A stretch of 64,000 bases of DNA from Anaerolineae bacterium (lineage in GTDB: Bacteria; Chloroflexota; Anaerolineae; CG2-30-64-16). Shown here piece by piece: positions 15,869-24,684 of the stretch. Every line of letters starts with the position of its first letter. The first letter of the stretch is position 1. The notes below the pieces were generated by a model. It had not been told where the DNA came from, did no database searches, and worked only from the letters and a program-made list of their open reading frames with translations. The stretch covers positions 28,327 to 92,326 of the forward strand of contig JAXGQB010000020.1 in NCBI GenBank assembly GCA_040766655.1, given 5' to 3'. Position numbers and translations under genes: made by a program.

Positions 15869-16564
15869 TCAACCCGAGATAACGATGCTCTGCTGGAACT
15901 GGTCCGTAACCAGCGGAGAAGTCCGGCGCATCAGGGCGTCCAGGACACGCGTCTGCGAGCGCTCGATCTGGGCGCGCATTGTCTCCTCGGCCACGCCTGC
16001 GTTGTGATCGCGCAGCGCAGCGGCCAGCGCGAGATGCTCGGCGCGCATCTCCTCTGCGCTGTCCCGCACGTCGAGGCCGAGGTGAAAGACACGGTTCAGT
16101 TCGTCCAGCGTGCGCGAGACGAGGTCCACCAGGCGCTGGTTGCCCGACGCAGAGGCAATCAGCACGTGAAAGGCTGCGTTGATGGCCAGAAATTCAGAGT
16201 AGCTCCAGCGATCGTTGTGAACGTAGGTGAAGTCGGCCTTGCGGCAGATCTCGTCGATAACCGCGGACGGCGCGCGGATGGCGGCCAGCCGCGCGGCTGC
16301 GCACTCGGCGATCAGCCGCAGCTCGTAGATCTCATGGATGTCGGAGATGGTCACGGGGCTCACGATGTACCCGAGCCGGGGAACCGGGGAGATGAAGCCC
16401 TCCTGCACGAGCCGCTGCGCAGCCTCGCGAACGGGGGTCAGTCCTGCCCCGTACTTCTCGACCAGTTGGGACTGGACGATCTGCTGTCCCGGCTCGAGAA
16501 CGCAGGAGATGATATCTGCCTTGAGCAGTTCGTAAACGCGGTCGGTCATCGAGAGCGACGCCAC
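15869..16564 (-). CDS. GntR-family transcriptional regulator, FadR subfamily (FCD domain)
   Basis: 231 aa. LLKADIISCVLEPGQQIVQSQLVEKYGAGLTPVREAAQRLVQEGFI, followed by an all-helical C-domain. GTG start with GGAGAGGGGAG upstream. Confidence 0.85.
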   Translation of the reverse strand: MASLSMTDRVYELLKADIISCVLEPGQQIVQSQLVEKYGAGLTPVREAAQRLVQEGFISPVPRLGYIVSPVTISDIHEIYELRLIAECAAARLAAIRAPSAVIDEICRKADFTYVHNDRWSYSEFLAINAAFHVLIASASGNQRLVDLVSRTLDELNRVFHLGLDVRDSAEEMRAEHLALAAALRDHNAGVAEETMRAQIERSQTRVLDALMRRTSPLVTDQFQQSIVISG

Positions 16565-16611
16565 TGTCTATCTCCCCTCTCCGCATGGTAGCAGGCTGAC
16601 ATCATGCTGAT

Positions 16612-16640
16612 ATATTACGCACACATCAGACGCTTGTCAA
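16612..16640 (-). promoter_or_regulatory. Candidate promoter of the FadR-type GntR gene, with an overlapping inverted repeat
   Basis: On the minus strand: TTGACA (16640-16635), a 17-nt spacer, then TAATAT (16617-16612). The imperfect inverted repeat CTGATATAT / ACACATCAG overlaps the spacer and the -10. Confidence 0.5.
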
Positions 16641-16726
16641 GGAGCGATCGCGACGAAATGCCTGGAGAGGGCCACTTTGGGGCACACTTCGCCAAAACTG
16701 GCCCCTTTTTTGGCCATTTTGGGGAC

Positions 16727-16755
16727 TTGTATTTTCAGAGAATATAGCATATAAT
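16727..16755 (+). promoter_or_regulatory. Candidate promoter of the META-domain lipoprotein gene
   Basis: TTGTAT (16727-16732), a 17-nt spacer, then TATAAT (16750-16755), in an AT-rich stretch about 50 nt upstream of the ATG at 16809. Confidence 0.5.
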
Positions 16756-16808
16756 TGCATAGGTGATTTATTTGACGACTTTGTAACTCACGGAGGGGGT
16801 GTTACACC

Positions 16809-17900
16809 ATGAAGACGATGCGTCTGATCGTTCTGCTGGGCCTGGTCCTGTCGTTGGCCAGCTGCGCGGGGCTGCCGCCGGTGTTCCCGGGGACAGGACC
16901 CAAGATAGCCGATGAAGTCGCACCCGAGGCGGTTGTTGAGGTTGCGCCCGCTGCCGACGCGCCTGCCGAGGCGACCACCGAGGCGACTACCGAGGCGACT
17001 ACCGAGGCTGCCGAAGAACCCGCTGCGCCGGCCGAGGAGCCTGCCGCACCTGCGGAGGAACCCGCCGCACCCGCGGAAGAGCCTGCCGCACCGGCCGAGG
17101 AACCCGCCGCACCGGAACAGGTCATGCTCGACAATCCGCTGGCCGGCGTCGTGTGGGAGTGGGCCGCGCAGTTGAAGATGTCGCCCAAATCACAGGTGGT
17201 CGTTCCCAATCCTGCTGCGTACACGCTCACGTTCGGCGCCGAGGGAGCCCTGTTCATCCAGGCCGACTGCAACAATGCGCGGGCAACCTATGAGCTGGTG
17301 GACCAGGCGCTGGCCATCGAGATCGGACCGGTGACGCGCGCACAGTGCATGCCCGGCTCGATGTCGGGCAGCTTTCTCACCGTGCTGAGCCAGGTGGAGT
17401 CGTACCAGATCGACGATGACGACCTGATCCTCCGCCTTGCAGACACGGGCGACACCCTGATCTTCCGCAACGGCGGCCCCGCGCCTGAGGCAGAGGCGCC
17501 CGCGGTCGAGGAGCCTGCGGGCAGCACCGCACCGGCCGAGGAGGCCGCGCCTGCGCTGGCCGGCGTCACCTGGCAGTGGGAGGCCGTTCAGGAAGGTGAC
17601 CAGGACAGCCTGACCGAGATCGCCAACCCCGAGGCCTACACCGTGACGTTCAACGAGGATGGCACCGTATCCATGAAGGCGGACTGCAACGTGGCCGCAG
17701 GCACCTACACGGCCGAGGGTGAGTCCATCGCGATCGTCGTGGGCCCAGTCACGCTGGCCGCGTGTGGGCCGGAATCGCTCGGCGCGGACTTCCTGATCAA
17801 CCTGACGATGGCCGGCACGTACCTCTTCGACGATGAGGGCAAGCTGGTGATCAACCTCGTGGCGGATGCCGGCGACCTGATCCTGGTCGCCGCCGAATAA
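16809..17900 (+). CDS. Lipoprotein with two META (HslJ-like) domains and an acidic Ala/Pro/Glu linker
   Basis: Signal peptide plus lipobox (LVLSLASC). The linker has TEAT x3 and EEPAAPA x5. Two copies of the pattern NP.AYT.TF..DG......DCN...G.Y follow. Confidence 0.85.
   Translation: MKTMRLIVLLGLVLSLASCAGLPPVFPGTGPKIADEVAPEAVVEVAPAADAPAEATTEATTEATTEAAEEPAAPAEEPAAPAEEPAAPAEEPAAPAEEPAAPEQVMLDNPLAGVVWEWAAQLKMSPKSQVVVPNPAAYTLTFGAEGALFIQADCNNARATYELVDQALAIEIGPVTRAQCMPGSMSGSFLTVLSQVESYQIDDDDLILRLADTGDTLIFRNGGPAPEAEAPAVEEPAGSTAPAEEAAPALAGVTWQWEAVQEGDQDSLTEIANPEAYTVTFNEDGTVSMKADCNVAAGTYTAEGESIAIVVGPVTLAACGPESLGADFLINLTMAGTYLFDDEGKLVINLVADAGDLILVAAE
17013..17117 (+). repeat. In-frame 21-bp tandem repeat (5 units) encoding the EEPAAPA linker
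   Basis: Units start at 17013, 17034, 17055, 17076 and 17097. They are preceded by three 12-bp ACCGAGGCGACT units. All lie inside the CDS at 16809-17900. Confidence 0.9.
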
Positions 17901-17975
17901 GCCTCCGCCGTCTCCATCGCGTGTGGCCTGGCCGTGCTCAGGGGCGTCCGTCCTTGGGCACGGCTTGCTCTGCTC

Positions 17976-20138
17976 CTACCGGCCGGCCTCGAACAGGCGA
18001 CCCCGTCCTCCCTGGCTGGGGTGCGCCAGCAGCCACGCCTGGCTGTCGATCTCGGGCTCGCCGGGCCGTGGTTCCCGGCAGACGTATGAGCCGTCCGGCT
18101 GCAGTTCCCGCGCGCGCGTGTTGTTGGCCAGGTCGACCGCCAGCACCCCGTGGCGCAGGTACGTGCGCAGCGCCGGGTCCTTGACCGGGAAGATGATCTC
18201 TACCCGCCGGTCCAGGTTGCGCGGCATCAGGTCCGCGCTCCCCAGGTACGCCTCCGGCTGGCCGCCATTTTCGAAGTAGTAGATGCGGCTGTGCTCCAGG
18301 AAGCGCCCCACAATGCTGATCACCCGGATGTTGTCGCTGACCCCCGGCACGCCCGGGCGCAGGCAGCAGATGCCCCGCACGATCATGTCGATCGACACGC
18401 CGGCCTGCGATGCGCGGTAGAGGCGGCGAATCAACCGCTCGTCGACGAGGGAGTTCATCTTGAACACCATGCCCGCGGGCCGGCCGGCCCGCGCGTGCTC
18501 GATCTCGCGTTCGACAAGCGCCTCGAATCGCTCGCGCATCGAGCCCGGTGCAACGAGCAGGCTGCGATAGGATTGCTGGGTGGAATATCCGGTCAGCGTG
18601 TTGAACAACTCAGTGGCATCCGCGCCCATGTCGGGGTCGCACGTCAGCACGCCGATATCGGTGTAAATGCCCGCAGTCACCGCGTTGTAGTTGCCCGTGG
18701 CCAGGTGGAGGTAACGGCGCAGGCCACCGTCCTCCTTGCGCACGACCAACGTGATCTTGCTGTGCGTCTTCAGCCCCAACAAACCGTACACCACGTGCAC
18801 CCCCGCGGCTTCCAGTGCCTTGGCCCACCCGATGTTGCTCTCCTCGTCGAAGCGTGCCTTCAACTCCACCAGCACCGCAACCTGCTTGCCGTTACGCTGC
18901 GCCTCCAACAGCGAACGCACGGCGGGCGAGTTGCGCCCGACGCGGTAGAGGGTCTGCTTGATGGCGAGCACGTTGGGATCCGTCGCCGCGGCATTGATGA
19001 AGTCCAGCACCGATTTGAACGAGTCGTACGGGTGATGGAACAGAATGTCGGCCGACCGGATCGCGGCGAAGATGGCATCGGTCGTCTTCAGATCGCGCAT
19101 CTGGGGAGGCGTGGCGGGCAGCACCGGGGGGTCCTTGAGGTCGGGCCGGTCCAGGCCGGCCAGGGCCCACAGGCTGCCCATCGCCAAGGGCGGCCGGAGC
19201 GAGTAGACGTCCTCCGGGTCGACCTCCAGGTTCTCCATCAGGAGACGCATCATCGACTCGGGCATGTCGTGATCGACATTCAGCCGCACGACCGGCCCGA
19301 ACTGCCTGAGGCGCAGCCCCTCCTCGATCGTCTCCAGCAGGTCGGGCGCCTCGTCCTCCTGGATCTCCAAGTCGGCATCGCGGATCACCTGGAAGCTGTA
19401 GGATTCGATGACGTCGTGGCCGGGGAAAAGCAGGCCCAGGTTCGCCGCGATCACGTCCTCCAGCCAGACGAAACGCTGGCTCGAGGTGACCGGCACCAGC
19501 CTTGGTAGCGAAGTGGGCATCTTGATGCGCGCGAAGCGCTGCTCGCCGGAGGGGCCGCTGACGCTGACGGCAAGGTTCAGGCTCAGGTTGGAGATGTGGG
19601 GGAAGGGCCGGCCCGGGTCGAACGCCAACGGCGTCACGACCGGAAGAACCTCGTCGATGAAGTAGATCCGCAGCTGGTCCTGCTCCTCCAGTGTCAGTTG
19701 GCCGTAGTGAAGCACCTCGATGCCTGCCTCGGCCAGCTCGGGCAGGATGCACTCGTGGTAGTAGCGGCGCTGCTCATGCTGCATGGGCAGCACGCGCTCC
19801 CGAATCGCGGCCAGTTGCTCCGCCGGGTGCATGCCGTCGGCCAGCGTGCTGGTGACGCCGGCAGCCAGCTGGTCTTTGAGCCCGGAGACCCGGATCATGA
19901 AGAACTCGGCGAGGTTCGTGCTGAAGATGGCGAGGAACTTGACGCGCTCGAGCAGGGGATGGCGCATGTCGTGCGCCTCGTCCAGCACGCGGCGGTTGAA
20001 CTCAAGCCAGCTCAGCTCGCGGTTCAGATAGAGGTAAGGATCTCGCAGGTCGTACGCGGGCGCGGCGGCAGGTGCTTCGGCGGCCGTTGTCGCCGCCGCT
20101 GGTGCGGATAGGCTCGTCTGAGCAACTGAACGGGGCAT
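17976..20138 (-). CDS. ppk1: Polyphosphate kinase 1
   Basis: About 720 aa with the canonical N-terminus YLNRELSWLEFNRRVLDEA, and two PLD-like HKD regions (KTHSKITLV, and later the RFLEHSRIYYF region). Start chosen at ATG 20138 with GAGGTGA directly upstream. Confidence 0.92.
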   Translation of the reverse strand: MPRSVAQTSLSAPAAATTAAEAPAAAPAYDLRDPYLYLNRELSWLEFNRRVLDEAHDMRHPLLERVKFLAIFSTNLAEFFMIRVSGLKDQLAAGVTSTLADGMHPAEQLAAIRERVLPMQHEQRRYYHECILPELAEAGIEVLHYGQLTLEEQDQLRIYFIDEVLPVVTPLAFDPGRPFPHISNLSLNLAVSVSGPSGEQRFARIKMPTSLPRLVPVTSSQRFVWLEDVIAANLGLLFPGHDVIESYSFQVIRDADLEIQEDEAPDLLETIEEGLRLRQFGPVVRLNVDHDMPESMMRLLMENLEVDPEDVYSLRPPLAMGSLWALAGLDRPDLKDPPVLPATPPQMRDLKTTDAIFAAIRSADILFHHPYDSFKSVLDFINAAATDPNVLAIKQTLYRVGRNSPAVRSLLEAQRNGKQVAVLVELKARFDEESNIGWAKALEAAGVHVVYGLLGLKTHSKITLVVRKEDGGLRRYLHLATGNYNAVTAGIYTDIGVLTCDPDMGADATELFNTLTGYSTQQSYRSLLVAPGSMRERFEALVEREIEHARAGRPAGMVFKMNSLVDERLIRRLYRASQAGVSIDMIVRGICCLRPGVPGVSDNIRVISIVGRFLEHSRIYYFENGGQPEAYLGSADLMPRNLDRRVEIIFPVKDPALRTYLRHGVLAVDLANNTRARELQPDGSYVCREPRPGEPEIDSQAWLLAHPSQGGRGRLFEAGR

Positions 20139-20247
20139 GATCACCTCAACAATCGCGGGGCGGCCCGCCGGGCGCAATGGCACAGGTCAACTCGGCTTGA
20201 AACATTGTAACTGACGCACGGAGCAAGCGCAAACGCTTGCGCGTTGT

Positions 20248-20277
20248 TTGCGCACGGGTATCTGCGCAGCGTATAAT
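20248..20277 (+). promoter_or_regulatory. Candidate promoter for the gene at 20309, embedded in overlapping palindromes
   Basis: TTGCGC (20248-20253), an 18-nt spacer, then TATAAT (20272-20277). The palindromes GCAAGCG-caaa-CGCTTGC (20223-20240) and GCGCAAAC...GTTTGCGC (20227-20253) cover the -35. Confidence 0.4.
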
Positions 20278-20308
20278 CGCAGGAAAGGCCGCACGCTAAG
20301 GAGGTCGC

Positions 20309-22024
20309 ATGATCCGAACCGTCCCCGAAACCACGAGCGAAGGCATCGAGCTCTACATCCGCACCTACTACTCACTGCTGCGCAGCTCGGGCGATGTGCG
20401 TATCCGCTCGCTGGAAGAGACCCACGAGGGGATGCGATCCAGCCTCCACCTGGGCGCAGAGACCGAGGCCTTCGATGCGTCCGCCTTCACGTACGCGGCA
20501 CTGCGCCTCCCGGACTGCATCTACAAGGCGCGGCGCGTGGTGATGGGTCAATCGGAGGAAGTGTTCATGCGCGGCGGCCTGCGCGACATCCACCAATGGC
20601 GCCGGGTCGATGCGCCCGCACGCCGGCGGCGCATGCTCTTCGACGATGTGGAGACCATCGCGGCCTTCGTCTCCAGCGTCTCCGACATCGACGACCTGAT
20701 CCCGAGCCTGGTGGCGTACCAGATCGAGTGGAACAAGCTACACCGGCGATTAGGGGGCACCCAACTCGGCGTCGACATGGCCGCAGGCGCGATCCGGCCA
20801 TCTGATGTCGATGAGGCGTTGCGCACTGCCGCAAGCCTGTCGACGGAGGACCTGGCGCGGCTGCGCGGCGCGTGGGGCGCGGGCTACGATGCTTGCTGGG
20901 CCGCGGTGGCCGGCCAACTTCTCGACATCAAGATCAACTCGCTGGCCAGCGGCTTCAACGACTACCGCACCGCGGTGGAGAAGTGGTGGGACGCGCTGGC
21001 CGAGCAGGCTGCGCACACCGGCCTCACGTCGCGTCCGATCTACTTCGTTTCCTCGAATCCGCACAGCATCACCAATCCGCTGACCGGATTTGCGCCGGCA
21101 CACCGGAAGGAGATCCTCGACCTGGTGCAGGACTCCGATCCCGAGGGCCTGACGAACGAGTGGCGCCGCCTGGAGGGAGAGCCAAACGAGGGTGCGCGCA
21201 CCAACTTCCTCTACTACGTCCAGCGGCTGTACCTCCGCGGGAGCAAGGAACGGCAGGCCGCGTGGGCGCGCGCGGAGCAGGAGGCCGGCATCACCCGGCT
21301 GGAAGAGCCCGTCACGCTGGACATCAGCGCGCAGGTCATCGAGCTCGATAGGCTTGCGCCCGAGCGGCTCGATCCCCGGCTGCGCATGGCGGGCATGGAG
21401 GCACTCTCCGCCTCCAACGCGCTGATCGTGAACATCGACTATCCCCTGGGCTTCGCGGCCTATCACCTTCTCTCACAGGTGGCCTCCAGCGCGGCGGAGC
21501 TGCTTGGGCTGTATTTCATGGGCAAGGCCGCGACCCTCAGCGGCCGCGTGGGCGACGTCATGATTCCCAACGTGGTGTACGACGAGCATTCGCGCAACAC
21601 CTTCCTCTTCAAGAACTGCTTCCTCGCGCAGGACGTCGGACATCACCTGGTCTACGGCACGGTGTTCGACAATCAGAAGGCCGTCACGGTGCGCGGCACC
21701 TTCCTCCAGAACCGGGATTTCATGAGCGTCTTCTACAAGGAGGGCTACACGGACCTGGAGATGGAGGCGGGACCGTACCTGAGCGCGGTGTACGAGGACA
21801 TCTACCCGCAGCGCTACCCGATGAACGAGATCGTCAACCTGTTCATCAATGCGCCGTACGATCTCGGGCTGCTGCACTACGCATCTGACACGCCCTACAG
21901 CCGGCGGCAGAGCCTGCTCAGCCGGAGCCTCAGCTACTTCGGCATGGACGCGACCTACGCGTGCTCCATCGCCATCCTGCGGCGCATCCTGCAGCAGGAA
22001 ATCGCGCGCCTGGGTCGCGGGTAA
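20309..22024 (+). CDS. Hypothetical protein with a C-terminal nucleoside phosphorylase-like (PNP_UDP_1-type) domain
   Basis: 571 aa with an AAGGAGG RBS. The C-terminal ~200 aa (LIVNIDYPLG...FMGKAATLSGRVGDVMIPN...VRGTFLQNR...YTDLEMEAGPY) follow the phosphorylase/nucleosidase pattern. I do not recognise the N-terminal ~370 aa. Confidence 0.6.
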   Translation: MIRTVPETTSEGIELYIRTYYSLLRSSGDVRIRSLEETHEGMRSSLHLGAETEAFDASAFTYAALRLPDCIYKARRVVMGQSEEVFMRGGLRDIHQWRRVDAPARRRRMLFDDVETIAAFVSSVSDIDDLIPSLVAYQIEWNKLHRRLGGTQLGVDMAAGAIRPSDVDEALRTAASLSTEDLARLRGAWGAGYDACWAAVAGQLLDIKINSLASGFNDYRTAVEKWWDALAEQAAHTGLTSRPIYFVSSNPHSITNPLTGFAPAHRKEILDLVQDSDPEGLTNEWRRLEGEPNEGARTNFLYYVQRLYLRGSKERQAAWARAEQEAGITRLEEPVTLDISAQVIELDRLAPERLDPRLRMAGMEALSASNALIVNIDYPLGFAAYHLLSQVASSAAELLGLYFMGKAATLSGRVGDVMIPNVVYDEHSRNTFLFKNCFLAQDVGHHLVYGTVFDNQKAVTVRGTFLQNRDFMSVFYKEGYTDLEMEAGPYLSAVYEDIYPQRYPMNEIVNLFINAPYDLGLLHYASDTPYSRRQSLLSRSLSYFGMDATYACSIAILRRILQQEIARLGRG

Positions 22025-22028
22025 CGAC

Positions 22029-22096
22029 GCCAGCCTGCGGTTGAAATCACAGGCTGGCACCCGCACAACCCGCTGAAGCGGGTTACACCACACCCC
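22029..22096. repeat. ~69-nt double-hairpin repeat element, copy 1
   Basis: GCCAGCCTGCGGTTGAAATCACAGGCTGG (8-bp stem) followed by AACCCGC-tgaa-GCGGGTT. It starts 5 nt after the stop codon of the gene at 20309-22024. A second copy lies at 24685-24753. Confidence 0.85.
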
Positions 22097-22357
22097 TGGG
22101 TCCACCAAGGCACTTCAGCAACTTCAGCCTGCTGCCGCCGATCCTCAATCAGCGGCGGCACTTGTATTGTGCGATACTTATTTCTGCATTGAAACCTGAT
22201 TGAATTGTCACCAGTGACCTCTGATCTCACCCCACCCGATCAGAACCGCTAAACAACATCTGAAGGTGCACTTGAGACGCCCTTTTCCCTCAACGGGCGA
22301 AACGGCCGAGCAGTCGCCTCGCTGACAGCGGCATGACTGACTGACTGGAGGTAACCT

Positions 22358-22927
22358 ATGAGACGACTCTACCTGCCGGCGGCACTGTTGCTCGCCCTGC
22401 TGCTGACCGGCACGGCCCTGGCGCAGACCAGCGAGCCTTATGACCTGAGTTGGTGGACGCTGGACGGCGGCGGCGCGCTCAGCGAAGGCGGCAACTACGC
22501 GTTGAGCGGCGCCATCGGGCAGCCGGACGCCGGCGGACCACTGAGCGGCGACGCCTACGAGGTTACTGGCGGCTTCTGGCTGGCCGACCGGGCTTCGCCC
22601 CTGGCAGTTGTGGACCTGCGTGGCTCGGAGGACGGTGGCCTGCTGCGCCTGGACTGGAGCCCCGTGACACTGGATACCGCAGGCGACAGCATCGCCGGCG
22701 TGAGTTACAGCGTCTATCGCTCTGCCAGCCAGCCATACTTCACGGCGGATTTAGCCTACAAGAGCGAACTGACGGAACCAAAGTTCCAGGACCCGGATCC
22801 AACCGTCATCGATAACTTCGCAGCCAGCCACTACTACCTGGTCCGCGCCGTCCACGGCGCTTCGATGTCGACCGACTCGAACCGGATCGGCGTCTTTGCC
22901 TTCGGCCTCACGCCCGGCGCCCAATGA
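22358..22927 (+). CDS. Small secreted protein: Gly-rich N-domain plus FN3-like domain ending in IGVFAFGLTPGAQ (cassette 1, gene 1)
   Basis: Signal peptide MRRLYLPAALLLALLLTGTALAQ. YDLSWWTLDGGG...NYALSGAIGQPDAG...YEVTGGFW. GGAGG RBS. Paralog of 50051-50575. Confidence 0.8.
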   Translation: MRRLYLPAALLLALLLTGTALAQTSEPYDLSWWTLDGGGALSEGGNYALSGAIGQPDAGGPLSGDAYEVTGGFWLADRASPLAVVDLRGSEDGGLLRLDWSPVTLDTAGDSIAGVSYSVYRSASQPYFTADLAYKSELTEPKFQDPDPTVIDNFAASHYYLVRAVHGASMSTDSNRIGVFAFGLTPGAQ

Positions 22928-22947
22928 GAAGGATAGGAGCATTCATC

Positions 22948-24672
22948 GTGACAAAGAGAAACCTGCTGCACTTGTTGGCAGTCGTCGTATTAGTGTTGAC
23001 CTTCAGCGGCACATCCCAGGCCCAGGAGGGGTCAGCGCAGGCCGAGGCGAGTGCACTCGCCACCGCGGCGGGCACGAACTTCACCTACCAGGGTCGACTC
23101 ACGGTCGGCGGAATCCCGGCCAACGGCAGGTACGACTTCGAGTTTCAGCTCTTCACTGCGCCGGGCTCCGGCGGCACGGCGAGCGATGTCGTAGCCATCA
23201 TGGGCCAGACGGTCACAGGTGGCCTGTTCACGGTCGAACTCGATTTCGGCGAGGTGTTTCGCGGGAACGCCATCTACCTGGAGGTGCGCGTGCGGGCATC
23301 CGGCAGCGGCGAGGCCTTCACGCCGCTCACGCCGCGCCAGGCGATAACGGCTGCACCCTACGCGCAATTCGCGCTCAAGACAGCCGCACACGATCACTTC
23401 GGCGACACGTGGACAGGATCAAGCGGCGCGGATGGTCTCCGGTTGCAGCACACGGCTGCGAGCGGCGCCAGAAGCGGCGTCTCTGCGAGCAGCGCCAGCA
23501 CCCAGGGCACGGGCGTCCTCGGGGAGGCCACCGCGACCGATGGAACCACATACGGCGTGCGGGGTGTGAACAGCAGCCCTCAAGGCGCAGGCGTGTTCGG
23601 AGAATCCACGGATGGCGTGGGCACCGCACCAGGGGTCAGGGGCAGGACGACCAGCCAGAATGCAAGTGGTGTCCGCGGCGACAATGACGATACCATAGGC
23701 TACGGTTTCGGCGTGTGGGGACGCAGCAGCAGTCCCTATGGCGGGGGCGTCGCTGGCACGGGGAACATGTACGGGGTCTATGGCGAAACCCAGACGACCT
23801 ACGGCAGGGGCGTGCATGGCGTCAACATTGCCGAAACCGGCATCAATTTTGGGGTGTACGGAGAGAGCCTGAGCACCAGCGGCACAGGGGTGTACGGCGT
23901 TGCGTTTAACTCCAACGGCTCCAACTACGGCGTGAGGGGCGAGTCCAACAGCGAGAGCGGAGTTGGCGTCCACGGCAAGGTCCCCATGGACAGCCTCGGT
24001 GCAGGCGTCGTCGGCGAAGGGAGCACGGGCGTCCGCGGGACTTCCGATGGTCCTCAGGGCATCGGTGTCGTAGGTTTCGCTACCAGCAGCACCGGCGTCA
24101 ATTACGGCGTTTGGGGGGTGACCAATAGCGCCACGGGCTATGCGGGCTATTTTGGCGGCCAGGTGCAGATCGACGGCACGCTCAGCAAGGCGGGCGGCTC
24201 GTTCAAGATCGATCATCCCCTGGACCCGGAGAACAAATACCTGTCCCATTCCTTCGTCGAGTCGCCAGATATGATGAATGTCTACAACGGCAACGTCACC
24301 CTGGATGGGAACGGCGAGGCGCAGGTGGCGCTGCCTGACTACTTCGAGGCGCTGAACCGCGACTTCCGCTACCAGCTCACCCCCATCGGTGGCTGGGCGC
24401 CGATCTACATCGCGCAGGAGATCGAGGGCAATGCTTTCCGAATCGCCGGCGGCGAACCCGGGCTGAAGGTCTCGTGGCAGGTGACGGGCATCCGCCAGGA
24501 CGCCTGGGCGGAGGCGAACCGCATCGTCGTGGAAGAAGCGAAGACGGCCGAGGAGCAGGGCCGCTACCTCCACCCAGAGGCGCTGGGTCAACCGAAGAGC
24601 CTGGACGTGGACTACGAGCGTGAGCGCCAACTTTTGGAGCGGTCCGAGGCCAGCAGGGCCACCGACCGCTGA
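22948..24672 (+). CDS. Secreted fibre-like protein: FTYQGRL head, 13-residue GV-G-S-S--G repeats and a conserved C-terminal FKIDHPLDP domain (cassette 1, gene 2)
   Basis: The track ORF starts at ATG 22924 (ATGA overlap). GTG 22948 has an AGGAG RBS and gives a start (V/M)TKRNLLHLLAVVVLVLTFSGTSQA that parallels the paralog at 50678. The C-terminal ~160 aa are highly similar to the paralog. Confidence 0.8.
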   Translation: MTKRNLLHLLAVVVLVLTFSGTSQAQEGSAQAEASALATAAGTNFTYQGRLTVGGIPANGRYDFEFQLFTAPGSGGTASDVVAIMGQTVTGGLFTVELDFGEVFRGNAIYLEVRVRASGSGEAFTPLTPRQAITAAPYAQFALKTAAHDHFGDTWTGSSGADGLRLQHTAASGARSGVSASSASTQGTGVLGEATATDGTTYGVRGVNSSPQGAGVFGESTDGVGTAPGVRGRTTSQNASGVRGDNDDTIGYGFGVWGRSSSPYGGGVAGTGNMYGVYGETQTTYGRGVHGVNIAETGINFGVYGESLSTSGTGVYGVAFNSNGSNYGVRGESNSESGVGVHGKVPMDSLGAGVVGEGSTGVRGTSDGPQGIGVVGFATSSTGVNYGVWGVTNSATGYAGYFGGQVQIDGTLSKAGGSFKIDHPLDPENKYLSHSFVESPDMMNVYNGNVTLDGNGEAQVALPDYFEALNRDFRYQLTPIGGWAPIYIAQEIEGNAFRIAGGEPGLKVSWQVTGIRQDAWAEANRIVVEEAKTAEEQGRYLHPEALGQPKSLDVDYERERQLLERSEASRATDR

Positions 24673-24684
24673 GCCGGCCAAGGT

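Noticed and set aside
16969-17117. 12-bp and 21-bp tandem repeats considered as a non-coding VNTR
   Set aside because: They are in frame inside the META-domain lipoprotein gene and encode a TEAT/EEPAAPA linker. They are kept as a coding low-complexity repeat.
22924-22947. ATG 22924 (ATGA overlap with the upstream gene) as the start of fibre gene 1
   Set aside because: It is not excluded. However, GTG 22948 has an AGGAG RBS at good spacing and gives an N-terminus parallel to the paralog at 50678. The ATG-initiated extension (MRRIGAFI) adds no signal-peptide features.
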